NCBI RefSeq assembly: GCF_053078305.1
Contig: NZ_CP166879.1
Direction: 5' to 3' (one strand)
DNA: 64,000 nt
The notes below the pieces were generated by a model, which made no database searches, was not told the DNA's origin, and was given only the letters and a program-made list of their open reading frames with translations. Made by a program: the position numbers and the translations under genes. Positions 51,001 through 64,000 of the stretch are shown piece after piece. Within the stretch, counting starts at the first letter, position 1. Each line of letters opens with the position of its first letter.

Positions 51001-51323
51001 TGGCGCTACGACTGCTGGGCGAACAACACACCGCACAGCAACTGTTTAGTGAAATGAAACAGTGGGCGCAAGAGATGGCGAAAACCAGTATTGAGGCGGA
51101 TTTCTTTGCTGTTTCACAACCTGATCTGTTGTCGCTGTATGGCGATTTACAACAGCAGCATAAAGAAAAATGCCTGATGGTGGCGATGCTGGCGTCCGCG
51201 GGACTCGGGGAGGTTGCGCAATATGAGTCTGCTCGCGCTGAATTGACGGCGATTAATCCGGCCTGGCCGAAAGCGGCATTATTCACCACTGTGATGCCTT
51301 TTATTTTTAACTACGTTCGCTAA
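48042..51323 (+). CDS. yphG: Large TPR-repeat protein YphG
   Basis: ATG 48042 (MTPVKVWQERVEIPTYETG) is preceded by GAGGG. The track ORF starts at TTG 47949 (1124 aa), so the start is uncertain. Confidence 0.85.
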   Translation: MTPVKVWQERVEIPTYETGPQDIHPMFLENRVYQGSSGAVYPYGVTDTLSEQKTLKSWQAVWLENDYIKVMILPELGGRVHRAWDKVKQRDFVYHNEVIKPALVGLLGPWISGGIEFNWPQHHRPTTFMPVDFTLEAHEDGAQTVWVGETEPMHGLQVMTGFTLRPDRAALEIASRVYNGNATPRHFLWWANPAVKGGEGHQSVFPPDVTAVFDHGKRAVSAFPIATGTYYKVDYSAGVDISRYKNVPVPTSYMAEKSQYDFVGAWCHDEDGGLLHVANHHIAPGKKQWSWGHSEFGQAWDKSLTDNNGPYIELMTGIFADNQPDFTWLDAYEEKRFEQYFLPYHSLGMVQNASRDAVIKLQRSERGIEWGLYAISPLNGYRLAIREIGKCNALLDDAVALMPATAIQGVLHGINPERLTIELSDADGNIVLSYQEHQPQELPLPDVAKAPLAAQDITSTDEAWFIGQHLEQYHHASRSPFDYYLRGVALDPLDYRCNLALAMLEYNRADFPQAVAYATQALKRAHALNKNPQCGQASLIRASAYERQGQYQQAEEDFWRAVWSGNSKAGGYYGLARLAARNGNFDAGLDFCQQSLRASPTNQEVLCLHNLLLVLSGRQDNARLQREKLLRDYPLNATLWWLNWFDGRSESALAQWRGLCQGRDVNALMTAGQLINWGMPTLAAEMLNALDCQRTLPLYLQASLLPKAERGELVAKAIDVFPQFVRFPNTLEEVAALESIEECWFARHLLACFYYNKRSYNKAIALWQRCVEMSPEFADGWRGLAIHAWNKQHDYELAARYLDNAYQLAPQDARLLFERDLLDKLSGATPEKRLARLENNLEIALKRDDMTAELLNLWHLTGQADKAADILATRKFHPWEGGEGKVTSQFILNQLLRAWQHLDARQPQQASELLHAALHYPENLSEGRLPGQTDNDIWFWQAICANAQGDETEATRCLRLAATGDRTINIHSYYNDQPVDYLFWQGMALRLLGEQHTAQQLFSEMKQWAQEMAKTSIEADFFAVSQPDLLSLYGDLQQQHKEKCLMVAMLASAGLGEVAQYESARAELTAINPAWPKAALFTTVMPFIFNYVR

Positions 51324-51419
51324 ACCCTATTAACTGTAATATTTGAGCGGCACGTGCTGCCGCTCATCACAAAATAATTAGAATAAGCCGTTGTTAATAA
51401 AAACCCTACAGGAGGCTCT

Positions 51420-52403
51420 ATGCCTAAAAAAATGAGAACAACCCGTAATCTATTATTAATGGCTACGCTATTAGGTAGCGCACTATTTGCCAGAGCTGCG
51501 GATAAAGAAATGACCATTGGCGCAATATACCTTGATACTCAGGGATATTACGCTGGAGTGCGTCAGGGCGTTCAGGATGCGGCAAAAGATTCTTCAGTAC
51601 AGGTACAGTTAATTGAAACTAACGCCCAGGGTGATATTTCGAAAGAAAGTACCTTTGTTGATACCCTCGTGGCGCGTAATGTCGATGCTATTATTTTATC
51701 GGCAGTGTCTGAAAATGGCAGTAGCCGTACCGTTCGTCGCGCCAGTGAAGCGGGTATTCCGGTGATTTGCTACAACACCTGTATTAATCAAAAGGGGGTC
51801 GATAAATATGTCTCGGCGTATCTGGTCGGCGATCCGCTGGAATTTGGTAAAAAACTGGGTAACGCTGCCGCCGATTATTTTATTGCCAATAAAATTGACC
51901 AGCCGAAAATTGCCGTCATCAATTGCGAAGCCTTTGAAGTTTGTGTGCAGCGACGTAAAGGATTTGAAGAAGTATTAAAATCCCGCGTTCCCGGCGCGCA
52001 AATTGTCGCTAATCAGGAAGGGACTGTTTTAGATAAAGCGATTTCCGTTGGTGAAAAACTGATTATCTCCACGCCGGATCTCAACGCCATTATGGGGGAA
52101 TCGGGCGGTGCGACACTCGGCGCGGTAAAAGCGGTACGTAATCAAAATCAGGCCGGAAAAATTGCTGTTTTCGGTTCGGATATGACAACCGAAATTGCTC
52201 AGGAGCTGGAAAACAATCAGGTGCTGAAAGCGGTAGTGGATATTTCCGGTAAGAAAATGGGCAATGCTGTTTTCGCGCAAACATTGAAGGTTATCAATAA
52301 ACAAGCCGACGGTGAAAAAGTGATTCAGGTGCCAATCGATCTCTATACCAAAACGGAAGACGGTAAACAGTGGCTGGCAACGCACGTTGATGGTCTGCCC
52401 TAA
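51420..52403 (+). CDS. yphF: ABC sugar transporter, periplasmic binding protein
   Basis: 327 aa with a signal peptide. K-12 synteny. Confidence 0.9.
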   Translation: MPKKMRTTRNLLLMATLLGSALFARAADKEMTIGAIYLDTQGYYAGVRQGVQDAAKDSSVQVQLIETNAQGDISKESTFVDTLVARNVDAIILSAVSENGSSRTVRRASEAGIPVICYNTCINQKGVDKYVSAYLVGDPLEFGKKLGNAAADYFIANKIDQPKIAVINCEAFEVCVQRRKGFEEVLKSRVPGAQIVANQEGTVLDKAISVGEKLIISTPDLNAIMGESGGATLGAVKAVRNQNQAGKIAVFGSDMTTEIAQELENNQVLKAVVDISGKKMGNAVFAQTLKVINKQADGEKVIQVPIDLYTKTEDGKQWLATHVDGLP

Positions 52404-52425
52404 TCGCTGATTCGCAGAGGTCCCT

Positions 52426-53937
52426 ATGTTCACGGCAACAGAGGCAGTCCCGGTAGCAAAAGTGGTGGCAGGAAATAAGCGTTATCCCGGCGTCGTTGCG
52501 TTGGATAACGTTAACTTCACGCTCAATAAAGGCGAGGTTCGTGCGCTGTTAGGCAAAAACGGCGCGGGCAAATCGACCCTCATTCGAATGCTTACCGGTA
52601 GCGAACGTCCGGATAGCGGTGATATCTGGATTGGCGAGACGCGACTGGAAGGCGACGAAGCTACGCTGACTCGCCGTGCCGCTGAACTGGGGGTTCGTGC
52701 GGTTTATCAGGAGTTAAGTCTGGTGGAAGGGCTGACGGTGGCGGAAAACCTCTGCCTCGGTCAGTGGCCCCGCCACAACGGCATGATTGATTACCTGCAA
52801 ATGGCGCAGGATGCCCAACGTTGCTTACAGGCGCTGGGCGTTGACGTTAGTCCTGAACAACTTGTTTCAACACTAAGCCCGGCGCATAAGCAGCTGGTGG
52901 AAATTGCGCGGGTGATGAAGGGCGAGCCGCGCGTGGTCATTCTTGATGAACCTACCAGTTCGCTTGCGAGTGCGGAAGTTGAACTGGTGATCAGCGCGGT
53001 GAAAAAGATGTCGGCACTGGGCGTGGCGGTGATTTATGTCAGCCACCGGATGGAAGAAATTCGCCGCATTGCCTCCTGTGCCACCGTTATGCGCGACGGG
53101 CAGGTGGCTGGCGATGTGATGCTCGAAAACACTTCCACGCATCATATTGTGTCGCTAATGCTAGGGCGCGATCACGTTGATATTGCGCCGGTTGCCCCTC
53201 AGGAAATTGTGGATCAGGCCGTGCTGGAAGTCCGTGCGTTACGCCATAAGCCCAAGCTGGAGGATATCAGTTTTACGCTACGTCGTGGCGAAGTGCTCGG
53301 CATTGCTGGTCTGCTGGGGGCAGGGCGCAGTGAATTGCTGAAAGCGATTGTTGGGCTGGAGACGTATGAACAGGGCGAAATTGTTATCAACGGCGAGAAA
53401 ATCATGCGCCCCGATTACGGCGACATGCTGAAACGCGGCATTGGCTATACGCCAGAAAACCGCAAAGAAGCGGGGATCATTCCCTGGCTGGGCGTTGACG
53501 AAAATACAGTGCTGACCAATCGGCAAAAAATCAGCGCCAACGGTGTGCTGCAATGGTCCACCATCCGCCGCCTGACCGAAGAGGTGATGCAGCGGATGAC
53601 GGTCAAGGCCGCCAGTAGCGAAACACCCATCGGCACGCTTTCTGGCGGCAATCAGCAAAAAGTGGTGATCGGTCGTTGGGTCTATGCCGCCAGCCAGATT
53701 TTGTTGCTCGACGAGCCAACGCGCGGCGTCGATATCGAAGCCAAACAGCAGATTTACCGTATTGTCCGTGAGCTGGCTGCCGAAGGAAAAAGCGTGGTGT
53801 TTATCTCCAGTGAAGTGGAGGAGTTACCGCTGGTGTGCGACCGCATTCTGTTGTTACAGCACGGTACGTTCTCGCAGGAGTTTCACGCTCCGGTCAATGT
53901 GGATGAGCTGATGTCCGCCATTCTGTCTGTGCACTGA
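52426..53937 (+). CDS. yphE: ABC sugar transporter, duplicated ATPase
   Basis: 503 aa. Contains GKNGAGKST and LSGGNQQK motifs. Confidence 0.9.
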   Translation: MFTATEAVPVAKVVAGNKRYPGVVALDNVNFTLNKGEVRALLGKNGAGKSTLIRMLTGSERPDSGDIWIGETRLEGDEATLTRRAAELGVRAVYQELSLVEGLTVAENLCLGQWPRHNGMIDYLQMAQDAQRCLQALGVDVSPEQLVSTLSPAHKQLVEIARVMKGEPRVVILDEPTSSLASAEVELVISAVKKMSALGVAVIYVSHRMEEIRRIASCATVMRDGQVAGDVMLENTSTHHIVSLMLGRDHVDIAPVAPQEIVDQAVLEVRALRHKPKLEDISFTLRRGEVLGIAGLLGAGRSELLKAIVGLETYEQGEIVINGEKIMRPDYGDMLKRGIGYTPENRKEAGIIPWLGVDENTVLTNRQKISANGVLQWSTIRRLTEEVMQRMTVKAASSETPIGTLSGGNQQKVVIGRWVYAASQILLLDEPTRGVDIEAKQQIYRIVRELAAEGKSVVFISSEVEELPLVCDRILLLQHGTFSQEFHAPVNVDELMSAILSVH

Positions 53938-53960
53938 TGAATTTTACCGAGGAACCTAAG

Positions 53961-54959
53961 ATGTCTGCTTCGTCATTACCATTGCCGCAGGGCAAGAGCG
54001 TCTCGCTCAAACAATTTGTCAGTCGCCATATTAATGAGATCGGTTTGCTGGTGGTGATTGCCATTCTTTATCTGGTCTTCTCCCTGAACGCGCCTGGCTT
54101 TATCTCATTGAATAACCAGATGAACGTGCTGCGCGATGCCGCCACCATTGGGATTGCCGCCTGGGCGATGACGCTGATTATTATCTCCGGTGAAATTGAT
54201 GTCAGCGTTGGGCCGATGGTGGCTTTTGTCTCGGTGTGCCTGGCATTTTTGCTGCAATTTGAAGTTCCGCTGGCGGTGGCGTGTCTGCTGGTGTTGCTGT
54301 TAGGCGCGCTGATGGGAACGCTGGCCGGGGTGCTGCGCGGCGTGTTTAACGTACCAAGTTTCGTTGCCACACTGGGGCTGTGGAGCGCCCTGCGCGGAAT
54401 GGGGCTGTTTATGACCAACGCACTGCCAGTGCCGATTGACGAAAACGAGGTGCTGGACTGGCTGGGCGGACAATTTCTCGGTGTGCCGGTATCCGCGCTG
54501 ATCATGATGGTGCTGTTTGCGCTGTTTGTGTTCATTAGCCGAAAAACCGCCTTCGGGCGCTCGGTTTTTGCCGTTGGCGGTAATGCCACGGCGGCGCAGT
54601 TGTGCGGTATTAACGTTCGTCGGGTACGCATTCTTATCTTTACCCTTTCGGGATTATTAGCGGCGGTGACCGGCATTTTGTTGGCGGCGCGCCTCGGTTC
54701 TGGTAACGCAGGTGCGGCAAACGGTCTGGAGTTTGACGTCATCGCCGCGGTCGTGGTCGGCGGTACGGCACTTTCCGGCGGTCGCGGTTCCCTGTTCGGT
54801 ACATTGCTTGGTGTGCTGGTGATTACGCTAATCGGTAACGGTCTGGTGCTGCTCGGTATTAACTCCTTTTTCCAGCAGGTGGTACGCGGCGTCATCATCG
54901 TGGTGGCGGTGCTGGCGAATATCTTGCTGACCCAGCGAAGCAGTAAAGCGAAACGCTAA
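53961..54959 (+). CDS. yphD: ABC sugar transporter permease
   Basis: 332 aa from MSASSLPLPQ. Polytopic membrane protein. Confidence 0.85.
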   Translation: MSASSLPLPQGKSVSLKQFVSRHINEIGLLVVIAILYLVFSLNAPGFISLNNQMNVLRDAATIGIAAWAMTLIIISGEIDVSVGPMVAFVSVCLAFLLQFEVPLAVACLLVLLLGALMGTLAGVLRGVFNVPSFVATLGLWSALRGMGLFMTNALPVPIDENEVLDWLGGQFLGVPVSALIMMVLFALFVFISRKTAFGRSVFAVGGNATAAQLCGINVRRVRILIFTLSGLLAAVTGILLAARLGSGNAGAANGLEFDVIAAVVVGGTALSGGRGSLFGTLLGVLVITLIGNGLVLLGINSFFQQVVRGVIIVVAVLANILLTQRSSKAKR

Positions 54960-55024
54960 ACCTTAACGCCCCTGGCGCGGGTGCGGCAGGGATGAAAATT
55001 AATCGTATTGTTAATGAGGGATTT

Positions 55025-56086
55025 ATGAAAACGATGCTGGCAGCTTATTTACCAGGAAATTCGACCGTCGATCTGCGGGAAGTTGCGGTGCCGACGCCGG
55101 GGATTAACCAGGTACTGATCAAAATGAAATCCTCCGGGATTTGCGGAAGCGATGTCCACTATATCTACCATCAACACCGCGCCACGGCGGCGGCGCCCGA
55201 TAAACCGTTATACCAGGGCTTTATCAACGGTCATGAGCCGTGCGGGCAAATTGTGGCGATGGGGCAAGGCTGTCGCCATTTTAAAGAGGGTGATCGCGTG
55301 CTGGTGTATCACATTTCTGGCTGTGGTTTTTGCCCGAACTGCCGCCGCGGCTTTCCTATCTCTTGTACTGGCAAAGGAAAAGCGGCTTACGGCTGGCAGC
55401 GTGACGGCGGTCATGCCGAATATCTGCTGGCGGAAGAAAAAGATCTGATCCTCCTGCCGGATGCGCTGAGCTACGAAGATGGTGCGTTTATCAGTTGCGG
55501 CGTTGGCACGGCCTATGAAGGGATTTTGCGCGGCCAAGTTTCCGGCAGCGATAACGTGCTGGTGGTCGGTCTGGGGCCGGTCGGCATGATGGCGATGATG
55601 CTGGCGAAAGGTCGCGGTGCAAAACGGATCATCGGCGTTGATATGCTGCCGGAACGTCTGGCGATGGCAAAACAGTTAGGGGTGATGGATCACGGTTATT
55701 TAGCGACCACCGAAGGTCTGCCGCAGATAATTGCTGAACTTACCCACGGTGGCGCGGATGTTGCGCTCGATTGTTCCGGTAATGCCGCAGGTCGCTTGCT
55801 GGCACTGCAATCCACTGCTGACTGGGGGCGGGTGGTTTACATTGGTGAAACCGGAAAAGTGGAATTCGAGGTCAGCGCCGATCTGATGCACCATCAACGG
55901 CGGATTATTGGCTCCTGGGTGACCAGTCTGTTCCATATGGAAAAATGCGCCCACGATTTGACTGACTGGAAGCTGTGGCCGCGTAACGCCATTACTCATC
56001 GCTTCTCGCTGGAACAGGCAGGTGATGCCTATGCGCTGATGGCGAGCGGCAAATGCGGGAAAGTTGTGATTAACTTCCCGGATTAA
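55025..56086 (+). CDS. yphC: Zn-dependent alcohol/sugar dehydrogenase family protein
   Basis: 353 aa from MKTMLAAYLPG. Contains GHEPCG and Cys-cluster (CGFCPNC) motifs. Confidence 0.9.
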   Translation: MKTMLAAYLPGNSTVDLREVAVPTPGINQVLIKMKSSGICGSDVHYIYHQHRATAAAPDKPLYQGFINGHEPCGQIVAMGQGCRHFKEGDRVLVYHISGCGFCPNCRRGFPISCTGKGKAAYGWQRDGGHAEYLLAEEKDLILLPDALSYEDGAFISCGVGTAYEGILRGQVSGSDNVLVVGLGPVGMMAMMLAKGRGAKRIIGVDMLPERLAMAKQLGVMDHGYLATTEGLPQIIAELTHGGADVALDCSGNAAGRLLALQSTADWGRVVYIGETGKVEFEVSADLMHHQRRIIGSWVTSLFHMEKCAHDLTDWKLWPRNAITHRFSLEQAGDAYALMASGKCGKVVINFPD

Positions 56087-56097
56087 GGAGTTAGCGG

Positions 56098-56970
56098 ATG
56101 ACCATCTATACCTTATCTCACGGGGGGCTCACGCTGGACGTTTCTGACCAGGGCGGCGTAATCGAAGGCTTCTGGCGCGATACGACGCCGCTCTTACGTC
56201 CTGGTAAAAAAAGCGGTGTGGCAACCGATGCCTCCTGTTTTCCGCTGGTGCCATTTGCAAACCGGGTGAGCGGCAACCGTTTTGTCTGGCAGGGGCGTGA
56301 GTATCAACTGCAACCGAATGTTGAATGGGATGCGCACTATCTACACGGCGATGGCTGGCTGAGCGAGTGGCAATGTGTCTCGCACAGCGATGATAGTTTG
56401 TGTCTGGTGTATGAACATCGCAGCGGTGTCTATCACTATCGGGTAAGTCAGGCGTTTCATTTAACGGCGGATACGCTGACGGTGACGCTCTCTGTCACCA
56501 ATCAAGGGGCAGAGACGCTGCCATTTGGTACCGGCTGGCATCCTTATTTTCCGTTGTCGCCGCAAACGCGGATTCAGGCACAGGCGAGCGGTTACTGGCT
56601 GGAGCGGGAGCAGTGGCTGGCGGGTGAGTTTTGCGAGCAGCTACCGCAAGAACTGGATTTTAACCAGCTCGCGCCGTTGCCGCGCCAGTGGGTGAACAAT
56701 GGTTTTGCCGGATGGAATGGTCAGGCCCGCATCGAGCAGCCGCAGGAGGGTTATGCCATCATCATAGAAACGACGCCACCTGCACCGTGTTATTTCATCT
56801 TTGTTTCCGACCCGGCGTTTGATAAAGGATATGCGTTTGATTTCTTCTGTCTGGAGCCGATGAGCCATGCGCCGGATGACCATCATCGCCCGGAAGGGGG
56901 GGACCTCATTGCGCTTGCGCCGGGGGAATCAACAACCTCAGAGATGTCGTTGCGGGTAGAGTGGCTGTAA
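56098..56970 (+). CDS. yphB: Aldose 1-epimerase family protein
   Basis: 290 aa. K-12 synteny. Confidence 0.9.
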   Translation: MTIYTLSHGGLTLDVSDQGGVIEGFWRDTTPLLRPGKKSGVATDASCFPLVPFANRVSGNRFVWQGREYQLQPNVEWDAHYLHGDGWLSEWQCVSHSDDSLCLVYEHRSGVYHYRVSQAFHLTADTLTVTLSVTNQGAETLPFGTGWHPYFPLSPQTRIQAQASGYWLEREQWLAGEFCEQLPQELDFNQLAPLPRQWVNNGFAGWNGQARIEQPQEGYAIIIETTPPAPCYFIFVSDPAFDKGYAFDFFCLEPMSHAPDDHHRPEGGDLIALAPGESTTSEMSLRVEWL

Positions 56971-56978
56971 TTTATAAA

Positions 56979-57013
56979 ATGCCGGATAAGGCGTTCACGC
57001 CGCATCCGGCATC
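56979..57013. repeat. REP element
   Basis: AATGCCGGATAAGGCGTTCACGCCGCATCCGGCAT. Confidence 0.7.
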
Positions 57014-57017
57014 TTTC

Positions 57018-57440
57018 CTAACGGCGATCGAGAGAAATTGCCCCCGGCCCGGTAATTGCCAATAGCAAGAACGCGCCAGCGATACTGACATTCTTCCAGA
57101 AATTAATCATATTTGGCCCGACGGCATCGCCGGTCATATCCCAGTAATGGTGACCAATCACCGCCGTACCCAGCGTGTAGAAAATAAACAGTACCGCCAG
57201 CGGACGGGTGAAAAAGCCAAGCACGATTAATATCGCGGCGGGCACTTCCATAACTACCGCAATAATCGCTGCCAGCATCGGCATTGGTGCGCCCAGCGAG
57301 GCCATATATTGGACCGTACCGTCAAAGCCCATCATTTTGGGAAAACCAAAAATAATGAAAATTAGGACCACGGCGATACGGGCAATTAATAACAAAACGG
57401 GGCGGGCAGCACCAAAATCAAAATAACGTAGTGAGTTCAT
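57018..57440 (-). CDS. yphA: DoxX-family inner membrane protein
   Basis: 140 aa from [14 protein letters not shown]. Confidence 0.85.
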   Translation of the reverse strand: MNSLRYFDFGAARPVLLLIARIAVVLIFIIFGFPKMMGFDGTVQYMASLGAPMPMLAAIIAVVMEVPAAILIVLGFFTRPLAVLFIFYTLGTAVIGHHYWDMTGDAVGPNMINFWKNVSIAGAFLLLAITGPGAISLDRR

Positions 57441-57536
57441 AACCAATCCCTTTGCAAGATAATGTGATTTAAACGTAATACACACTCTGGTACCTCGCCA
57501 CGCCCCAGGCGTTGAGATATTCGCTAATTATCCTGG

Positions 57537-58748
<1,212 letters not shown>

Positions 58749-59561
58749 TTAAAGATCCAACCCAGCCGCTACGTGGCGAATGCCGCGAATCGCTAAACCC
58801 GCATCAGCGTTGATCATCACACCGCTTAATGCGCGATTATTGCGCCGCGATGCCAACATCACATACGGACCCGTAAAATCAGCCGGTTGCGGGAAAAATT
58901 GCAGCGGTAAAATGGCGGCAATTTTCTCCGGCGTCAGAGACTGCATTATCGAGGTTTCACTTTGCCCGAGCGCCTGTGGGCCGCGCAGGTCGCTGGCCAT
59001 ACCACACGGGCCGACGCCATTCACCCGCACTTTCGGTGCCAGTTCATAAGCCAGTTGGCGAATAAGTCCGGTTGCGGCATGTTTACTGGCGGTGTACAGC
59101 GGGCCACCGCCGCCGGGATACCAGGCGGCATTTGATAGTGTGAAAATCATGCTGCCTTCACCGGCGATTAACGCCGGAGCGCAGGCTTTTGCACCCAGCA
59201 GGTAACCGAGTACGTTGACGTTAAACAGCTCGTGGAAGCCGGTTTCGAGCGTCTCTGCGGGAGTATTAACCAGTGAGGCATTGTGATCCCAGATGCCCGC
59301 ATTGCCGATAAAACAATCCAGCTTGCCGGAACGAGTCAGGATCTGATCGACCGCGCGTTGATAATCGGCATAACAGGTCACGTTACCTTCCACCGCCAGA
59401 ATATGTTCGCCAAATCGCTGACGCAGACTGGCGACTTTTGCCGCCGACAGTTCCAACGTGGCAACCTGCGCGCCTTCTTCGATAAATCGCTCGACCAGCG
59501 CCAGGCCTAATCCCGATCCGCCGCCGGTAATAAAAATGGACTCGTTATGCAGATCGCTCAT
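58749..59561 (-). CDS. hcaB: 2,3-dihydroxy-2,3-dihydrophenylpropionate dehydrogenase (SDR)
   Basis: 270 aa, contains TGGGSGLG. Confidence 0.95.
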   Translation of the reverse strand: MSDLHNESIFITGGGSGLGLALVERFIEEGAQVATLELSAAKVASLRQRFGEHILAVEGNVTCYADYQRAVDQILTRSGKLDCFIGNAGIWDHNASLVNTPAETLETGFHELFNVNVLGYLLGAKACAPALIAGEGSMIFTLSNAAWYPGGGGPLYTASKHAATGLIRQLAYELAPKVRVNGVGPCGMASDLRGPQALGQSETSIMQSLTPEKIAAILPLQFFPQPADFTGPYVMLASRRNNRALSGVMINADAGLAIRGIRHVAAGLDL

Positions 59562-59877
59562 GGCTGCGCCTCCGGTAAGTCGATGAAAATGTCACCACCT
59601 TCAACGTGTACTGGATAAGTGGTGAGCGGATCGGTAGCGGGCAGGCATAACGCTTTCCCCGTTTTCAGGCAAAAACTGGCGGCGTGTAGCGGGCACTCCA
59701 CCGTGGCGTCATCTTCCAGATACCCTTCTGACATCGACGCATTACCATGGCTGCAACGATCGTTAATGGCATAAAACTCGCCGCCAACGTTGAACAGGGC
59801 GATGACGGGCGAGGTATCGATCCGGAGAGCCTCACCCTCCGGCACATCCGCAACGGGACACGCATAAATTCGATTCA

Positions 59878-59878
<1 letters not shown>
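59558..59878 (-). CDS. hcaC: Rieske ferredoxin subunit
   Basis: 106 aa with Rieske ligands CSH...CPLH. Confidence 0.95.
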
Positions 59879-61790
<1,912 letters not shown>

Positions 61791-61889
61791 CTATTTTTGT
61801 GCCATAAGGATGTTGCTGGTTGGTTGCTAATATGTGAAATAGTTAATTTCTACCAGCTGAGACGTTTTTTCGATAACAAGGGGAAGGTG

Positions 61890-62780
61890 ATGGAACTACG
61901 GCATTTACGCTATTTCGTCGCAGTGGCGCAGGCACTGAACTTTACCCGTGCGGCGGAAAAACTGCATACCTCACAGCCTTCGTTAAGCAGCCAGATCCGC
62001 GATCTTGAAAACTGTGTCGGTGTTCCGTTACTGGTGAGGGATAAGCGTAAAGTCGCGTTGACGGCGGCGGGAGAATGTTTTCTCCAGGACGCGCTGGCAA
62101 TCCTCGAACAAGCGGAAAATGCCAAATTACGGGCGCGGAAAATTGTTCAGGAAGACAGACAATTAACCATTGGCTTTGTGCCATCGGCGGAAGTGAATTT
62201 ACTGCCAAAAGTATTACCGATGTTTCGTCTCAGACAGCCAGACACCTTGATTGAGCTGGTGAGTTTAATCACCACGCAACAGGAGGAAAAAATTCGCCGT
62301 GGTGAACTCGACGTCGGCTTAATGCGCCATCCTGTTTATAGCCCGGAGATTGATTATCTGGAGCTTTTTGACGAACCATTAGTGGTGGTGTTACCGGTTG
62401 ATCACCCTTTAGCACATGAAAAAGAGATCACCGCCGCGCAACTGGATGGCGTGAATTTCGTCAGTACCGATCCGGCGTATTCCGGTTCGCTTGCGCCGAT
62501 CGTTAAAGCGTGGTTTGCACAAGAAAACAGCCAGCCAAATATCGTCCAGGTGGCAACGAATATTCTGGTGACCATGAATCTGGTGGGCATGGGGCTGGGC
62601 GTCACTTTGATACCCGGTTATATGAATAATTTTAATACCGGGCAGGTTGTTTTTCGTCCCATTGCCGGAAATGTGCCTTCCATTGCTTTACTGATGGCGT
62701 GGAAGAAAGGGGAGATGAAGCCGGCATTACGCGATTTCATCGCCATTGTGCAGGAACGTTTGGCAAGCGTAACGGCATAA
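61890..62780 (+). CDS. hcaR: LysR-type activator of the hca operon
   Basis: 296 aa from MELRHLRYFVAVAQALNFTRAAEKLHTSQPSLS. It is divergent from hcaE. The track start is 31 codons too early. Confidence 0.95.
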   Translation: MELRHLRYFVAVAQALNFTRAAEKLHTSQPSLSSQIRDLENCVGVPLLVRDKRKVALTAAGECFLQDALAILEQAENAKLRARKIVQEDRQLTIGFVPSAEVNLLPKVLPMFRLRQPDTLIELVSLITTQQEEKIRRGELDVGLMRHPVYSPEIDYLELFDEPLVVVLPVDHPLAHEKEITAAQLDGVNFVSTDPAYSGSLAPIVKAWFAQENSQPNIVQVATNILVTMNLVGMGLGVTLIPGYMNNFNTGQVVFRPIAGNVPSIALLMAWKKGEMKPALRDFIAIVQERLASVTA

Positions 62781-62939
62781 TTACGCATTATCTTTGCAAC
62801 ATGCGTCACGGATCGCAGTTTTTGAGTGCTTGTGAACTGGCGTTACGGACATCGGGAAGCAGGCTCGAATATTCTTATTTTTCAACTTGCACCAACATTC
62901 GATTAACTCCAGACTAACGCCTCCTGACGGGAGGGACTC

Positions 62940-64000
62940 ATGGTTTTGCAATCCACGCGCTGGTTGGCGCTCGGCTATTTCACATACTTTTTTAGTTACG
63001 GCATTTTTCTACCTTTCTGGAGCGTCTGGCTTAAAGGGATTGGTTTAACGCCAGAAACCATCGGCCTGTTATTGGGGGCAGGTCTGGTTGCCCGTTTTCT
63101 CGGGAGTTTGCTCATCGCGCCCCGCGTCAGCGATCCTTCTCGCCTGATTTCCGCCTTGCGCGTGCTGGCACTGCTGACACTTCTCTTTGCTGTCGCCTTC
63201 TGGGCGGGGGCGCACGTAGCGTGGCTGATGCTGGTGATGATTGGCTTTAACCTCTTTTTCTCACCGCTGGTACCGTTGACCGATGCACTGGCGAATACGT
63301 GGCAAAAGCAGTTCCCGCTTGATTACGGCAAAGTGCGACTGTGGGGCTCGGTGGCGTTTGTCATTGGCTCGGCGCTGACGGGCAAACTGGTCACTATGTT
63401 TGATTATCGGGTGATCCTCGTGCTGTTGACGTTGGGCGTGGCATCCATGCTGCTCGGCTTTCTCATCCGTCCGACGATTCAGCCACAAGGGGCAAGCCGC
63501 CAACAGGAGAGCACCGGTTGGTCAGCGTGGTTGGCGCTGGTTCGCCAGAACTGGCGCTTTCTGGCCTGCGTTTGTTTATTGCAGGGGGCGCATGCGGCCT
63601 ATTACGGTTTTAGCGCCATTTACTGGCAGGCAGCTGGCTACTCGGCCTCGGCGGTGGGGTATTTGTGGTCGCTGGGCGTGGTGGCGGAAGTCATTATCTT
63701 TGCACTGAGTAATAAACTTTTCCGCCGTTGTAGTGCACGCGATATGCTGTTGATCTCGGCGATTTGCGGCGTAGTGCGCTGGGGCATTATGGGAGCAACT
63801 ACGGCGTTGCCGTGGTTGATAGTGGTGCAAATTCTGCATTGCGGCACCTTCACGGTCTGCCACCTGGCCGCCATGCGCTATATTGCCGCTCGCCAGGGTA
63901 GCGAAGTCATCCGTTTACAGGCGGTTTACTCTGCCGTCGCGATGGGCGGCAGTATCGCTATCATGACCGTTTTCGCCGGTTTCCTGTATCAATATCTGGG
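62940..64000 (+). CDS. hcaT: MFS transporter HcaT, 3' end beyond the window edge
   Basis: This ORF is not in the ORF track because it has no stop in the window. ATG 62940 is preceded by GGGAGGG. The hand translation MVLQSTRWLALGYFTYFFSYGIFLPFWSVWLKGIGL... is polytopic and open to base 64000. Confidence 0.9.
   Translation, partial: MVLQSTRWLALGYFTYFFSYGIFLPFWSVWLKGIGLTPETIGLLLGAGLVARFLGSLLIAPRVSDPSRLISALRVLALLTLLFAVAFWAGAHVAWLMLVMIGFNLFFSPLVPLTDALANTWQKQFPLDYGKVRLWGSVAFVIGSALTGKLVTMFDYRVILVLLTLGVASMLLGFLIRPTIQPQGASRQQESTGWSAWLALVRQNWRFLACVCLLQGAHAAYYGFSAIYWQAAGYSASAVGYLWSLGVVAEVIIFALSNKLFRRCSARDMLLISAICGVVRWGIMGATTALPWLIVVQILHCGTFTVCHLAAMRYIAARQGSEVIRLQAVYSAVAMGGSIAIMTVFAGFLYQYL

Noticed and set aside
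54068-54898. A 276-aa minus-strand ORF inside yphD
   Set aside because: It is an antisense shadow of a membrane permease gene, with a Pro/Ser/Thr/Arg-rich low-complexity translation.

Overview
This window is an Escherichia coli-type chromosome. I have no search tools here, so every family name and K-12 comparison is from memory and needs a database check.

Bases 31.1-64.0 kb are a conserved core block that I recognise gene by gene from E. coli K-12. The order is inverted relative to the K-12 map: yfhH, pgpC, tadA, mltF, purL, the glmY sRNA with its sigma54 promoter and GlrR boxes, glrK-qseG-glrR, glnB, hmp, glyA, yphH, yphGFEDCB, yphA, hcaDBCFE, hcaR, and hcaT (runs off the right edge).

Bases 1-31.07 kb are the right-hand ~31 kb of a temperate prophage. 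Its integrase end lies outside the window. In order it contains:
- leftward early genes, including a Cas4-like nuclease ORF that runs off the left edge and is missing from the ORF track;
- a CI/Cro switch;
- a primase-helicase followed by an iteron/AT-rich origin;
- a Q antiterminator and a terminated late leader;
- a lambda-like lysis cassette: an MKM dual-start holin, the R transglycosylase, and Rz with an embedded Rz1 that I found by hand;
- terminase, portal and capsid genes;
- sheath and tube genes, a chaperone with a GGGAAAT -1 frameshift, and the tape measure;
- a Mu-like baseplate;
- a Gin/Pin-type invertible tail-fibre segment with its invertase.

The phage-host junction lies inside the ferredoxin gene yfhL. 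Only its first 16 codons remain.

The best candidates for an undescribed system are two low-GC cargo islands:
- 23951-24855 is a two-gene insert with its own terminator that splits the baseplate operon. It encodes a secreted 111-aa protein and a 170-aa protein with an HEPN-type RNxxxH motif.
- 29886-30935 is a ~25-30% GC two-gene cassette between the invertase and attR. It encodes a membrane-anchored coiled-coil protein and a small acidic protein.

The tail-fibre switch is also unusual. It holds a single cassette, is in the uncoupled orientation, and carries a truncated tfa.
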